From assembly GCA_028870995.1 (NCBI GenBank), contig JAGWOI010000011.1:5373-69372 (forward strand): a DNA stretch of 64,000 bases, written 5' to 3'. Position numbers and translations under genes: made by a program. Below are positions 10,721 through 20,024 of this stretch, one piece after another. The notes beneath the pieces were generated by a model, which saw only the letters and a list, made by a program, of their open reading frames with translations, was not told the DNA's origin and made no database searches. Positions within the stretch are counted from its first letter, which is position 1. Every line of letters begins with the position of its first letter. The stretch is from Candidatus Omnitrophota bacterium. Lineage in GTDB: Bacteria; Omnitrophota; Gorgyraeia; Zapsychrales; Fredricksoniimonadaceae.

Positions 10721-12433
10721 TTAGATGATCTGGAGCGACTGGAGTTTCAACAGCAGATCCTTGGCGATTTTTACTGAATTTTCCGAGGTGGCGCCGTACT
10801 CCAAAAAAACACAAAAGGCGATGGCGGCCTTAGGCGATCGTGTATACCCCACAAACCAGGCATGATTGGGTTTGCCGGGAGCGCTTTGGGCGGTCCCTGT
10901 TTTTCCATAAATGGTCAAGCCCGGCACCTGTTTCAAATCATGCCCTGTGCCCCCAGGGTCATCCACGCAAGACCTCAAGCCTTTCTGCACATCAGCCCAG
11001 GTATCCTGACGCAGCTTGATCAGCGGCCGCTTGGCAAGATCATCGGGCGGAATCACGCCGCCGCCCACCTCATGCACGATATGCGGCCGCAAAATAATAC
11101 CGTCATCGGCCACCGCAGCCATCATTACGGTCAATGCCAGCGGGGTCACAAGCGTATAGCCCTGACCGATGGATAAATTCAAAATATCACCGGTGTACCA
11201 TGCCCGGTCTTCGGAGCCTTTGGTCACAAGCTTGCCCCTGGCTTCAAAGGGCAGATCGATCCCCGTCAGCCGATTAAGGCCGAAAGCCCTGGCAAAAGCA
11301 CCGATGATCCGCGGCCTGACCAGCAGGCCGACATGAAAAAAGAAGACATTGCAGGAATGCGCCAGGGCCTCTTCAAGGTTCTGAATGCCGTGCACCTCGG
11401 CACAATGGAATTTTCGTTTCCCCACGAGCATATATCCGGGACAATTGAAGGTCGTCTCAGGGGTTATTTTATGAAGCTGGATCGCGGCCAGCGCCACGGG
11501 GATCTTGAATACCGACCCCGGCGGGTACACACCGTCGATAGCGCGATTGATCAAGGGCGTCAAAGGGTCAGTTAAATATGACCGCAGTTCATCATTCTTA
11601 CTTTTGTCTGAAAAGGCATTGGGATCAAAGGAAGGAGAACTGACCATGGACAAAAGGTTGCCGGTATGCAGGTCCATGACGATGATCGCCCCCCGCCACC
11701 CGCTTAATAATTGCTGGGCGGCAGCCTGCACACGTTCATCGATGGTCAACACCACATCCTGGCCGGGCAACGGATCCTTCAGACCCAGCAGGCGCACCTG
11801 CTGACCGCGGCTGTTGACCTCGATCTGACGTCCCCCGGGCTGCCCTTTAAGGAAAGGCTCATATTTTTCTTCGACGCCGGTTTTTCCAACCATGCTTAAA
11901 GGCGTGTACCCGTATTGCCGGCGCCCGGCCATCTCATTGTCATTGATTTTTCCGACATACCCCAGCACGTGCGCGCCGGTCTCATTGAAGGGATAGTAAC
12001 GCTTAAACCCCTGACGGACGATCAGTCCCGGGTAAATAAATTTCTCTTCCTCGATCCTGATGGCCAGCTGCCGGGGCACGTCCTCAGCCAGAATGACCGG
12101 GACGAAAGGCGCCTGCCTATGGTGCTCGAAGACCCTCTGAAGGGATTGCGGATCCCTATTAAACACACTTGCCAAATAACCGAACAAGGCCTTCTTATCT
12201 TCCACATCTTGAGGGACGACGCCCACCTCATAAGCGATTTGGTTGTCCGCCAGGACCGTGCCGTTGCGGTCCAGGATCCTGCCCCGCGGTCCGTCGATGG
12301 GAACAATGCGGATACGGTTATTCATGCTCTGCAGGTGATAATAGCCGCCACGGATGACCTGCATGTAAAACAAGCCGCCGGCGATCAGACCCAGCAGCAA
12401 AAAAACAAAAAATTGGATGATATTAAGACGCAT
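10721..12433 (-). CDS. mrdA: Penicillin-binding protein 2
   Basis: RGRILDRNG; catalytic SVFK, SCN, KTG motifs; follows mreD. Confidence 0.95.
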   Translation of the reverse strand: MRLNIIQFFVFLLLGLIAGGLFYMQVIRGGYYHLQSMNNRIRIVPIDGPRGRILDRNGTVLADNQIAYEVGVVPQDVEDKKALFGYLASVFNRDPQSLQRVFEHHRQAPFVPVILAEDVPRQLAIRIEEEKFIYPGLIVRQGFKRYYPFNETGAHVLGYVGKINDNEMAGRRQYGYTPLSMVGKTGVEEKYEPFLKGQPGGRQIEVNSRGQQVRLLGLKDPLPGQDVVLTIDERVQAAAQQLLSGWRGAIIVMDLHTGNLLSMVSSPSFDPNAFSDKSKNDELRSYLTDPLTPLINRAIDGVYPPGSVFKIPVALAAIQLHKITPETTFNCPGYMLVGKRKFHCAEVHGIQNLEEALAHSCNVFFFHVGLLVRPRIIGAFARAFGLNRLTGIDLPFEARGKLVTKGSEDRAWYTGDILNLSIGQGYTLVTPLALTVMMAAVADDGIILRPHIVHEVGGGVIPPDDLAKRPLIKLRQDTWADVQKGLRSCVDDPGGTGHDLKQVPGLTIYGKTGTAQSAPGKPNHAWFVGYTRSPKAAIAFCVFLEYGATSENSVKIAKDLLLKLQSLQII

Positions 12434-12935
12434 GCTTAGCCTTGAGGTCGAAAAATATGCTGATATCCTTTAACCGCGCGAAGACATAGGTGGCGGCCAG
12501 GATGGTGGTCACCAATTGGGGAAGAAGGATGAAGGACAGCATTCCGCCCAAACGCAGCTCATGGTTCATGTTGGACAAAATAATCTGAACGATGAAACAA
12601 CCCAGCACCACAAAAAAAACCACCACGATCCTGGAAAACCTGGAACCGGGTTGATAAATATACCGGCGCACGAAGGTGGTCAAATAACTGGCGGCAAGGT
12701 AGACGACGATGTGGGTTCCGAAAGGCGCTATCCCTAAGGTGTCTTTGAATAACCCGCAAAAGAACGCGGCGATGATGCTAAAGCGTATGCCCAAATACAG
12801 ATTAAAAAAAATGACCACCAAAATCAGCAGTTCAGGTTTAAGCCAGCGGCCCCATGGATCCCAGAAATTATACAGTAAAAATTCCAGGGCAAAGGCCATG
12901 TAAGAAACCAATGCTATGACCAGGATGCGTTTCAT
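12423..12935 (-). CDS. mreD: Rod shape-determining protein MreD
   Basis: Five-TM protein with KPELLIL...AFFCGLFKD...PFG; upstream of mrdA. Confidence 0.85.
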   Translation of the reverse strand: MKRILVIALVSYMAFALEFLLYNFWDPWGRWLKPELLILVVIFFNLYLGIRFSIIAAFFCGLFKDTLGIAPFGTHIVVYLAASYLTTFVRRYIYQPGSRFSRIVVVFFVVLGCFIVQIILSNMNHELRLGGMLSFILLPQLVTTILAATYVFARLKDISIFFDLKAKHAS

Positions 12936-13327
12936 GCCGTTAATTTAGCTTCCATGCGCCGCATCTTAAAAGCATCTGAAGGGCTGTGATCGTTGTAGCC
13001 GGCCAAATGCAAAAGGCCATGGATGACGTATAAAATTATTTCTTCACGGGTCGAATTTTTATAGGCCCTGGCATTGGCTTGGGCCGCTTGGGGGCAGACG
13101 ATGATCTCCGCCACCCCGCCGCCTAAATCGAAGGTCAATACATCCGTCACGAAGTCGTGGTTCAAATATTTCTTATTGATGGCCCGCATCCGCTGAGGAC
13201 CGACAAAAACAATCGAAAGGCCCTGTAACTTTAGCCTGAGTTTACGCAAGGCCGCCGGCGCCCTTTTGAGGATCCGGCTTTTGGGAATAGAGACCTTCTT
13301 TTGAAGATTTTTTAGGGTTATTTCCAT
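12932..13327 (-). CDS. ybeY: rRNA maturation RNase YbeY
   Basis: TDVLTF, HGLLHLAGYNDH zinc motif. Confidence 0.95.
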   Translation of the reverse strand: MEITLKNLQKKVSIPKSRILKRAPAALRKLRLKLQGLSIVFVGPQRMRAINKKYLNHDFVTDVLTFDLGGGVAEIIVCPQAAQANARAYKNSTREEIILYVIHGLLHLAGYNDHSPSDAFKMRRMEAKLTA

Positions 13328-14651
13328 GGATGGTTTCAGGATATTTCACGCGGCTATGGTACATGGCGCTCAGCACACGGACAAAGGTCGAGGCGATGAT
13401 ATCGATTTCCCTCAAGGTCAAATGACATTCATCCAGCTGCCCGTCGATAAATTTATTATTAATGATCTTGCGCACGGTGTCTTCGATACGCTTAAGGGTA
13501 TGCTCGTCCAGGGCCCGGGTGGCACCTTCCACCGAATCCGCCAAGAGCACGATGGCCGTCTCCTTGCTTTGAGGCTTGGGGCCGGGATAGCGGTAATCCC
13601 GTTCATCCAGGCCGTCCTGCGATCCCTCCGCCAGCGCTTTCTGATAAAAATAATGCATGATGCTGGTACCGTGATGTTCCGGGATAAAATCGATGATGCG
13701 GGGGTTCAAGCGGTATTTGCGGGCCAATTCTATACCCTCCTTCACATGATTGGAAATCACCAGGCGGCTCATGGAAGGTTCCAGGTCATCATGCTTATTG
13801 CCGACAACCATCTGATTCTCGGTAAAATACTCGGGATTGACCAGCTTGCCGATATCATGATAGTAAGCCCCCACCCGGACCAAAAGAGAATTGGCGCCGA
13901 TGGCATCGGCAGCAGCCTCCGCCAGATTGCTCACGATGAGGCTGTGATGGTAGGAACCCGGAGCTTCCACCACCATGCGTTTGAGCAAGGGATGGGAAGA
14001 GTCCGTGAGTTCCATCAGGGTGAAATTGGTGATCTCCCCGAAAATGGTCTCGAAGACCTTAAGCGTGGCGATCACCACAAAAGCACAAATGAGGCCGTTA
14101 AGGGCCAGGGGTTTAAAAACATAGATGAGGACATCTTTATTCATGACAGGGTTGATCAAAAAGGCGCAGATGATCTGAATGACCGCAACCAGGATCCCGG
14201 CCTCGATCAGCAGCCCCCGGGTGCGCGCGTCCCTGACCCTGTAACATCCGGCCAGGCCGCCTAAAAAGAAAATCAACACCTCATTAAGGCTGAAACCCAG
14301 GATGATGCCTGCCAATACGGCCGACAACAACGCCATCATAAAACTGATCTGCACGTCATTAAACAGCAGCATGGTCAGCATGGCCACCGACGCCGCCGGC
14401 AGGTAGAAATGGGTCACATAAGGAAAAGTCTTAAGGGCATTGGCCGCAAAAATAAATAACGCCAACAGTAAGGACAGATGCAAAAAAATACGGGGATTTG
14501 CTTTTTTGAAAAAAAACAGGTGAAGCCCGCAAAAAAATACCAGCAAGGGGAGAATGAGCGGGAAGCCCGCAAAATAGCAAAAAATAAGCAGGGCCAGGAA
14601 AGACATGGCCACCATGATGCTTTGATCAATGGAAATGTGCTTAGTGGACAT
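13242..14651 (-). CDS. 7TM-HD phosphohydrolase (PgpH/YqfF-like), no extracellular domain
   Basis: TM region, then APGSYHHS, YYHDIGK, HHGT, RYPGPKP; phoH-HD-ybeY synteny. Confidence 0.9.
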   Translation of the reverse strand: MSTKHISIDQSIMVAMSFLALLIFCYFAGFPLILPLLVFFCGLHLFFFKKANPRIFLHLSLLLALFIFAANALKTFPYVTHFYLPAASVAMLTMLLFNDVQISFMMALLSAVLAGIILGFSLNEVLIFFLGGLAGCYRVRDARTRGLLIEAGILVAVIQIICAFLINPVMNKDVLIYVFKPLALNGLICAFVVIATLKVFETIFGEITNFTLMELTDSSHPLLKRMVVEAPGSYHHSLIVSNLAEAAADAIGANSLLVRVGAYYHDIGKLVNPEYFTENQMVVGNKHDDLEPSMSRLVISNHVKEGIELARKYRLNPRIIDFIPEHHGTSIMHYFYQKALAEGSQDGLDERDYRYPGPKPQSKETAIVLLADSVEGATRALDEHTLKRIEDTVRKIINNKFIDGQLDECHLTLREIDIIASTFVRVLSAMYHSRVKYPETIHGNNPKKSSKEGLYSQKPDPQKGAGGLA

Positions 14652-14656
14652 CAGGT

Positions 14657-15607
14657 TTAATGTTTACCGTTGGTTTGGGCATAGGCCTCGATGATCTTCT
14701 GCACCAATTCATGGCGGACCGTATCATCGCTGGTCAAATGAATGAATTTGATCTCAGGCACCTTGTCCAGCACACGGTTGGCCTCGGCCAGGCCGTTGTT
14801 CTCCGGAGAAGGAAGGTCGCTTTGGGTCACGTCGCCCACCACCACGACCTTGGAGTCAAAGCCCATGCGGGTTAAAAACATCTTCATTTGGTCCGGCCTG
14901 GAATTCTGGGCCTCATCCAGGATGACAAAGGCCTCGTTGAGGGTACGGCCGCGCATGAAGGCCAGGGGGGCGACTTCGATAATCCCCTGCTCGCTGTAAT
15001 GCTCGACCTTCTCGGGCTCCATCATGTCATAGAGAGCGTCATACAAAGGCCGCAGGTACGGCAGCACCTTTTCCACCATGTCGCCCGGCAAAAACCCTAA
15101 GTTCTCCCCTGCCTCGACGGCAGGCCGGGTCAGGACGATACGGCGCACCAATCCCTTTTTAAGGGCATTGACGGCCATGGCAATGGCCAGGTAGGTCTTA
15201 CCCGTGCCGGCGGGACCGATGCAGAAAACCAGGTCATGGTTCTTGATGGCTTCGATATATTCGATCTGCCCCTTGGTCTTGGGCGTGATCAAACCCTGGA
15301 CCGAGACTTCAATCTTTTCCTTGGCCAGGCGCTTGAAATCGATGGCCTTGTCCTTGTCGACCAGGCGCAGGGCGTAAACGATGTCGGACTTCTTGACGTC
15401 CTTGCCTTTTTCGATCAGGCTCAACAGATAATGGAACAATTCGCGGGCCACCGACAATTGGGGGTCACTGCCGATGATCTTGATGCCGTCCTCGGCGCGG
15501 ACAATGCGCACCCCCAATTCCTTCTCGATGATTTTCAGATTTTGATCATGGCGCCCGAATAAAAGCTGTAAATCGCGGTTATTGTTCAGTTGTAAGTGAA
15601 AATCCAT
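14657..15607 (-). CDS. phoH: PhoH-like ATPase
   Basis: GPAGTGKT, RPAVEAGE, FMRGRT, DEAQN. Confidence 0.95.
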   Translation of the reverse strand: MDFHLQLNNNRDLQLLFGRHDQNLKIIEKELGVRIVRAEDGIKIIGSDPQLSVARELFHYLLSLIEKGKDVKKSDIVYALRLVDKDKAIDFKRLAKEKIEVSVQGLITPKTKGQIEYIEAIKNHDLVFCIGPAGTGKTYLAIAMAVNALKKGLVRRIVLTRPAVEAGENLGFLPGDMVEKVLPYLRPLYDALYDMMEPEKVEHYSEQGIIEVAPLAFMRGRTLNEAFVILDEAQNSRPDQMKMFLTRMGFDSKVVVVGDVTQSDLPSPENNGLAEANRVLDKVPEIKFIHLTSDDTVRHELVQKIIEAYAQTNGKH

Positions 15608-15637
15608 TCAGTCCTCTTTGGGGTCGAAGTTAAAATT

Positions 15638-16240
15638 TCATTTGACCGGCGGGATGGTCAATACCATGCCGGGCTTCAGGACATTCGGATTCTTGATCTT
15701 GTCCTTATTGGCTTTGTAGATCTGGTACCATTTGCTGTAGGTGCCGTAGACCTTTTTGGAGATCTTTTGCAGGGTATCGTCTTTTTGCACCGTATAGGCG
15801 GTGGGCTGCAGGCTGCCCGCGTTGGGCTTGGACTGCGCGGCGGATTTAGGCGCCGAAGGTGAAACGTCTTCGCCAGGCCTCTCACCGATCACCGGAACGG
15901 CGGGAGCGGCTGGCACTTGGACAGCCGGCGTGGGAGCCGGGGCCGCGGGAATCACCTCAGGCGAAGGTGCCGGGACGTCGGCGATCGCGTTGACCGCCTT
16001 CTCTTCTATTTTCCGCACTTCGGATTCAGGAACAGGCTTAGTGATTTCCAGCACATAGACTTTGCGGGTGGTCTCCTTGGGTGCCGGCTGCGGAGGGCAC
16101 TTACCAACAACACATCCGCCGTTACCGTTACCTTGATTCTGACCGACACGCGGTTTGGTCATGACATAGGTCCTGGCCTCCAGACCGCAACCTGCTGCAA
16201 AAACGACCAATATCACCAAAGCCAAATTTTTGTTCAACAT
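15638..16240 (-). CDS. LysM-domain lipoprotein
   Basis: Lipobox AAGC; Pro/Ala linker; C-terminal LysM YTVQKDDTLQKIS...IYKAN...PGMVLTIP. Confidence 0.9.
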   Translation of the reverse strand: MLNKNLALVILVVFAAGCGLEARTYVMTKPRVGQNQGNGNGGCVVGKCPPQPAPKETTRKVYVLEITKPVPESEVRKIEEKAVNAIADVPAPSPEVIPAAPAPTPAVQVPAAPAVPVIGERPGEDVSPSAPKSAAQSKPNAGSLQPTAYTVQKDDTLQKISKKVYGTYSKWYQIYKANKDKIKNPNVLKPGMVLTIPPVK

Positions 16241-16254
16241 AATTTTTCTCCCTT

Positions 16255-17655
16255 TTAATCCTCGTTTTTTTTCAAAACCACCAAACCCAAATCTTTAAGC
16301 TGCCTCGCATCCACGTCCGAAGGCGCCTCCGTCATCAAACATGTACCCTTCTGGGTTTTGGGAAAAGCGATACAGTCACGGATGGATTCGTTGCCCGTGA
16401 TGATCGTCACCAGACGGTCGAGCCCATAGGCCACCCCCGCGTGCGGCGGCGCGCCGTATTCGAAAGCGCGCAATAAAAAACCGAAACGCTTTTGCGCTTC
16501 CTGGGGATCGATGCCGATAATGTCAAAAATCTTTTGCTGTAATTCCCGCCGGTGGATACGCACCGAACCGCTGCCGATCTCATTGCCGTTAAGCACCAGG
16601 TCGTAGCAGCGGCCGCGGATTTGGGCGTACTGCCCCTGTTCCAGGAAATGCACATCTTCGGGATTAAGACCGGTAAAAGGATGATGTTCGCTATCCCAGC
16701 GTTTTTCTTCGGTATTATACTTGAACAAAGGGAAATCCACAACCCACAAAAAGGCGAACTCCTTGGGGTTATTCCTGTCCTGGCGGGTGTCGGGCTTGTC
16801 GCTGTTGTATTTGGCCATGGCCTCGGCATGGGTCATCCGGGGAAAAGGCGTTTTAAGATCGATATCAAGGACTTCCTTGAAGATCTGCTTGTACATCCGC
16901 TCAGTCAGGTCAAACACAAAATCCTGGTCCACAAAGGACATTTCCATATCCAGCTGGGTGAATTCCGGCTGGCGGTCGGCGCGCAGGTCCTCGTCGCGGA
17001 AGCATTTGACGATCTGATAATAGCGGTCCATACCCGCCACCATCAGGATCTGTTTGAACAACTGCGGGGACTGCGGCAAGGCATAAAAGGCGCCGGGGTT
17101 CAACCGCGAGGGTACAAGAAAATCCCTCGCACCTTCCGGCGTTGACTTGGTCAGCACCGGGGTTTCGATCTCGGTGAACTTTTCGCCGTTTAAAAAAGAC
17201 CGCATGGAGCCGCAGATGCGGTGGCGAAGCACCAGGGAGTCCCTCACCCGCTTGCGGCGAATGTCCAAATAACGGTAGGTCAGCCGGACTTCCTCGGCGG
17301 CTTCAATCTGATCATCGATCTCAAAGACCGGCACCTTGGCGGTGTTCAGGATTTCCAGTTTCTTGGCCAGAAGTTCGATGTCGCCGGTCGATGAATCCGG
17401 GTTGACGTTCTTTGGGGGCCGCACATTGACGGTCCCGGTGATTTTCACCACGAACTCCGGTCCCAGTTTTTGCGCTTCGGCATGGGCCTCGGGCGATACT
17501 GACGGCACGAACACCACCTGGGTGATGCCGTAACGGTCGCGGATATCGATAAAAATGAGTTTGCCGTGGTCCCGGCGGCGGTGCACCCACCCGCACAGGA
17601 CGGCCTCCTGCTCCTTAAAATTCTTGTTTAATTCCCCGCACGTATGCGTACGCAT
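16255..17655 (-). CDS. aspS: Aspartate--tRNA ligase, bacterial type lacking the GAD insertion domain
   Basis: RTHTCGEL, TPEGARDF, LPQSPQLFKQ, FRDEDLRADRQPEFTQ, PPHAG..GLDR; only 466 aa. Confidence 0.96.
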   Translation of the reverse strand: MRTHTCGELNKNFKEQEAVLCGWVHRRRDHGKLIFIDIRDRYGITQVVFVPSVSPEAHAEAQKLGPEFVVKITGTVNVRPPKNVNPDSSTGDIELLAKKLEILNTAKVPVFEIDDQIEAAEEVRLTYRYLDIRRKRVRDSLVLRHRICGSMRSFLNGEKFTEIETPVLTKSTPEGARDFLVPSRLNPGAFYALPQSPQLFKQILMVAGMDRYYQIVKCFRDEDLRADRQPEFTQLDMEMSFVDQDFVFDLTERMYKQIFKEVLDIDLKTPFPRMTHAEAMAKYNSDKPDTRQDRNNPKEFAFLWVVDFPLFKYNTEEKRWDSEHHPFTGLNPEDVHFLEQGQYAQIRGRCYDLVLNGNEIGSGSVRIHRRELQQKIFDIIGIDPQEAQKRFGFLLRAFEYGAPPHAGVAYGLDRLVTIITGNESIRDCIAFPKTQKGTCLMTEAPSDVDARQLKDLGLVVLKKNED

Positions 17656-17670
17656 GCAACGAACCTTTCT

Positions 17671-18957
17671 CTATTCCTCCGGAAGCACATTCTTGATATG
17701 CTCCACAATTTTATCCAAAGCCACGGTCTCCTGCGTCGACTGGCGCATGTCTTTGACCGCAACCGATTTATTCTTCACTTCCTCTTCGCCCAGTATCAGC
17801 GCAAAGCGGGCGCCGGACTTGTCCGCCTTGCCCATCTGGGATTTCATCGAACCGCCGGCAAAATTCATGTCAGCGCTGATCCCGGATTTGCGCAAAAGCT
17901 GCAGCACTAAAAAGGCCAGGGGCTGGTATTCCTCCTTCATGGACATGACAAAAATGTTGATATTGGCCGGCGGGATGGGAACCTCGCCCAAGGACAATAA
18001 GATGCGCTCGATGCCTAAGGCAAAGCCGATGGCCCCGTAGGACACTTTAGGGTTGCCGCCCAATTCGTGCACCAGCCCGTTATAACGGCCGCCGGCGCCG
18101 ACGGCGTCCTGGCTGCCCAATCCTGCGGCCGTAATTTCAAAAACCGTATGGGTATAATAATCAAGCCCGCGCACCAGGTGCGGCGAAACCTCGAAGGGGA
18201 TATTCACGCTTTTAAGGGCGGCCTGTACCTGTTTAAAATATTCCTGGCTGGGAACGGACAAAGGCAAATCTTTAACAACCTGGGCAACCACCTTACGGCA
18301 GGATTCATTTTTACAGTCAAGCACGCGGAAAACGTTGCGCTCAAAACGGGCCCGGCAATCCGGGCACAAACGGTCGGTATGTTTGGCAAATTCCGCCCGC
18401 AGCCAGCTGGAAATGCGCGCCTTATCTTCCTTGGAACCAAGGCTGTTGATCTTTAACTGGGGTTCTTTGACCCCCAATTCCCTTAATAACTGCATGGCCA
18501 GAGCGATGACTTCCGCGTCCAAGAGGGGCGATGCTGCGTTGGGCCCTAGCACCTCCACGCCGATCTGGTGGAATTGACGCAAACGTCCCTTTTGCGGCCG
18601 CTCTCCCCGGAACATGGGACCTATATAAAATAGTTTAGACAGCGGCTCTTTTTTCTCCAAATCGTTTTCGATATACGAACGCACGACAGCGGCTGTGCCT
18701 TCCGGCCGCAAGGCGTAGCCTTCCTCTTGGTCTTCCTTGCTGGAAGCCAGTTCCAATAACTGCTTGTTGACAATGTCCGTGGTGGTTCCCAAAGACCTTT
18801 TGAACAGATTGGTGTCTTCAAAAATGGGCGTGCGCACTTCCTTATAGCCGTAAGACTTACAGACCTTACGGGCCAGGAATTCCAAGGCTTCCCAAAGAAG
18901 GACGGTATCGGGTAATATATCGGATGTCCCGCGAGGGACGGCGAAGGTTTTATTCAC
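17671..18957 (-). CDS. hisS: Histidine--tRNA ligase
   Basis: LRPEGTA, FRGERPQKGRLRQFHQ, LVRGLDYY, GGRY. Confidence 0.97.
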   Translation of the reverse strand: MNKTFAVPRGTSDILPDTVLLWEALEFLARKVCKSYGYKEVRTPIFEDTNLFKRSLGTTTDIVNKQLLELASSKEDQEEGYALRPEGTAAVVRSYIENDLEKKEPLSKLFYIGPMFRGERPQKGRLRQFHQIGVEVLGPNAASPLLDAEVIALAMQLLRELGVKEPQLKINSLGSKEDKARISSWLRAEFAKHTDRLCPDCRARFERNVFRVLDCKNESCRKVVAQVVKDLPLSVPSQEYFKQVQAALKSVNIPFEVSPHLVRGLDYYTHTVFEITAAGLGSQDAVGAGGRYNGLVHELGGNPKVSYGAIGFALGIERILLSLGEVPIPPANINIFVMSMKEEYQPLAFLVLQLLRKSGISADMNFAGGSMKSQMGKADKSGARFALILGEEEVKNKSVAVKDMRQSTQETVALDKIVEHIKNVLPEE

Positions 18958-18971
18958 GTGAAATTAGGCGG

Positions 18972-19244
18972 CTATTTGACTTTTTGCTTCATTTCCAGAC
19001 CGGACTTAAAGACCACGACTTTCCGGGGAGGGACGGGAACGCTTTGTCCCGTGCGGGGATTACGGCCGAAACGGGCCCGGCGCTCCTTGATCTTGAAAAC
19101 CCCAAAATTGCGCAACTCCACCTTGTCCCCCTGCATCAGGGCATCAACGATCACATCAAAGGTCTTTTGCACGATCTTTTTAACATCCACCTGCTTGATG
19201 CCGGTGGCATCCGTGATTTTTAAGACTATATCTTTCTTGGTCAT
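18972..19244 (-). CDS. HU/IHF-family DNA-binding protein
   Basis: ELRNFGVF, GRNPRTG. Confidence 0.95.
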   Translation of the reverse strand: MTKKDIVLKITDATGIKQVDVKKIVQKTFDVIVDALMQGDKVELRNFGVFKIKERRARFGRNPRTGQSVPVPPRKVVVFKSGLEMKQKVK

Positions 19245-19319
19245 TCAAAGCTCTCCTTGAAGAGTACCTGGCCATGGTCGCAACGGGACAGGCGGGGTTT
19301 CCTTGGATTAAATGTAAGC

Positions 19320-19348
19320 ATAGTACCAACAACGACTTACAGTGTCAA
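19320..19348 (-). promoter_or_regulatory. Sigma70-type promoter for HU-hisS-aspS
   Basis: Minus strand TTGACA-N17-TACTAT. Confidence 0.7.
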
Positions 19349-19375
19349 TGAAAAATTATCCCCCCCTTCCATATC

Positions 19376-20024
19376 TTGGACCGTTTCTAGGCATTATATT
19401 GCTATGTATTAACTTACAACAGAAGTGTCCCCATATTTGGTCAATTCAATATATTGGTAAACATCCTTATTCTTAAGATTTTCATAAAATTTTGCACTGG
19501 AATAAATATAATCGCAAGCCTTTGAAACAATTCCAGCACGCACCGGATTACAATGAATATAATCCAAACACTCAAGGATGTATTTTTCTTCCATAATTGG
19601 TTTACTTTGAAATCGGCCTTGCCAGACATGCCCCACATATCCGTACTTCCGACGGTATTTGAGACTGAAAGACAATAATATAGCCTGCATTATCTTGGAA
19701 ATGTTATGCACTTCCCCTGCTTCCATGACCATATGAACGTGATTATCCATTAATACGAATCCATAAATTTTGATTTTCATGCGCTCTTGATATTTTTGGA
19801 TGGACTTAAACAAGTTTTCTTTATCTGATTTTAATTTTAAAATGTTTTGACGGTTATTCCCTCTAAAGATGACATGATACACAGCATTTCCATAATAAAT
19901 TCTTTTAAGGCGGGACATAGTGACTCCTTTATGGGGGGAGGTTGTGTTAAGAAAATAATGAACTGTGAGGGACAGTTCAATCAGAAACTTCACTCTACCA
20001 TGGGGATATGTAGAAACGGTCCAA
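19376..20024. mobile_element. 649-bp AT-rich element with Y1/RAYT transposase, bounded by 14-bp inverted repeats
   Basis: TTGGACCGTTTCTA (19376-19389) and TAGAAACGGTCCAA (20011-20024); internal hairpin at 19959-19979. Confidence 0.65.
19409..19918 (-). CDS. REP-associated tyrosine transposase (RAYT, Y1/HUH family)
   Basis: YHVIFRGNN, MDNHVH (HUH), WQGRF, YIHCNPVRAG, YSS; SD AAGGAG before ATG 19918. Confidence 0.9.
   Translation of the reverse strand: MSRLKRIYYGNAVYHVIFRGNNRQNILKLKSDKENLFKSIQKYQERMKIKIYGFVLMDNHVHMVMEAGEVHNISKIMQAILLSFSLKYRRKYGYVGHVWQGRFQSKPIMEEKYILECLDYIHCNPVRAGIVSKACDYIYSSAKFYENLKNKDVYQYIELTKYGDTSVVS

Noticed and set aside
13242-13327. 86-bp overlap of the HD gene with ybeY
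   Set aside because: Low-complexity C-terminal run-on, probably simple stop-codon drift.
13326-14264. Long antisense ORFs (also 21261-22022, 25514-26320, 40886-41671, 61055-61801)
   Set aside because: Shadow frames opposite well-supported genes, with no motifs of their own.
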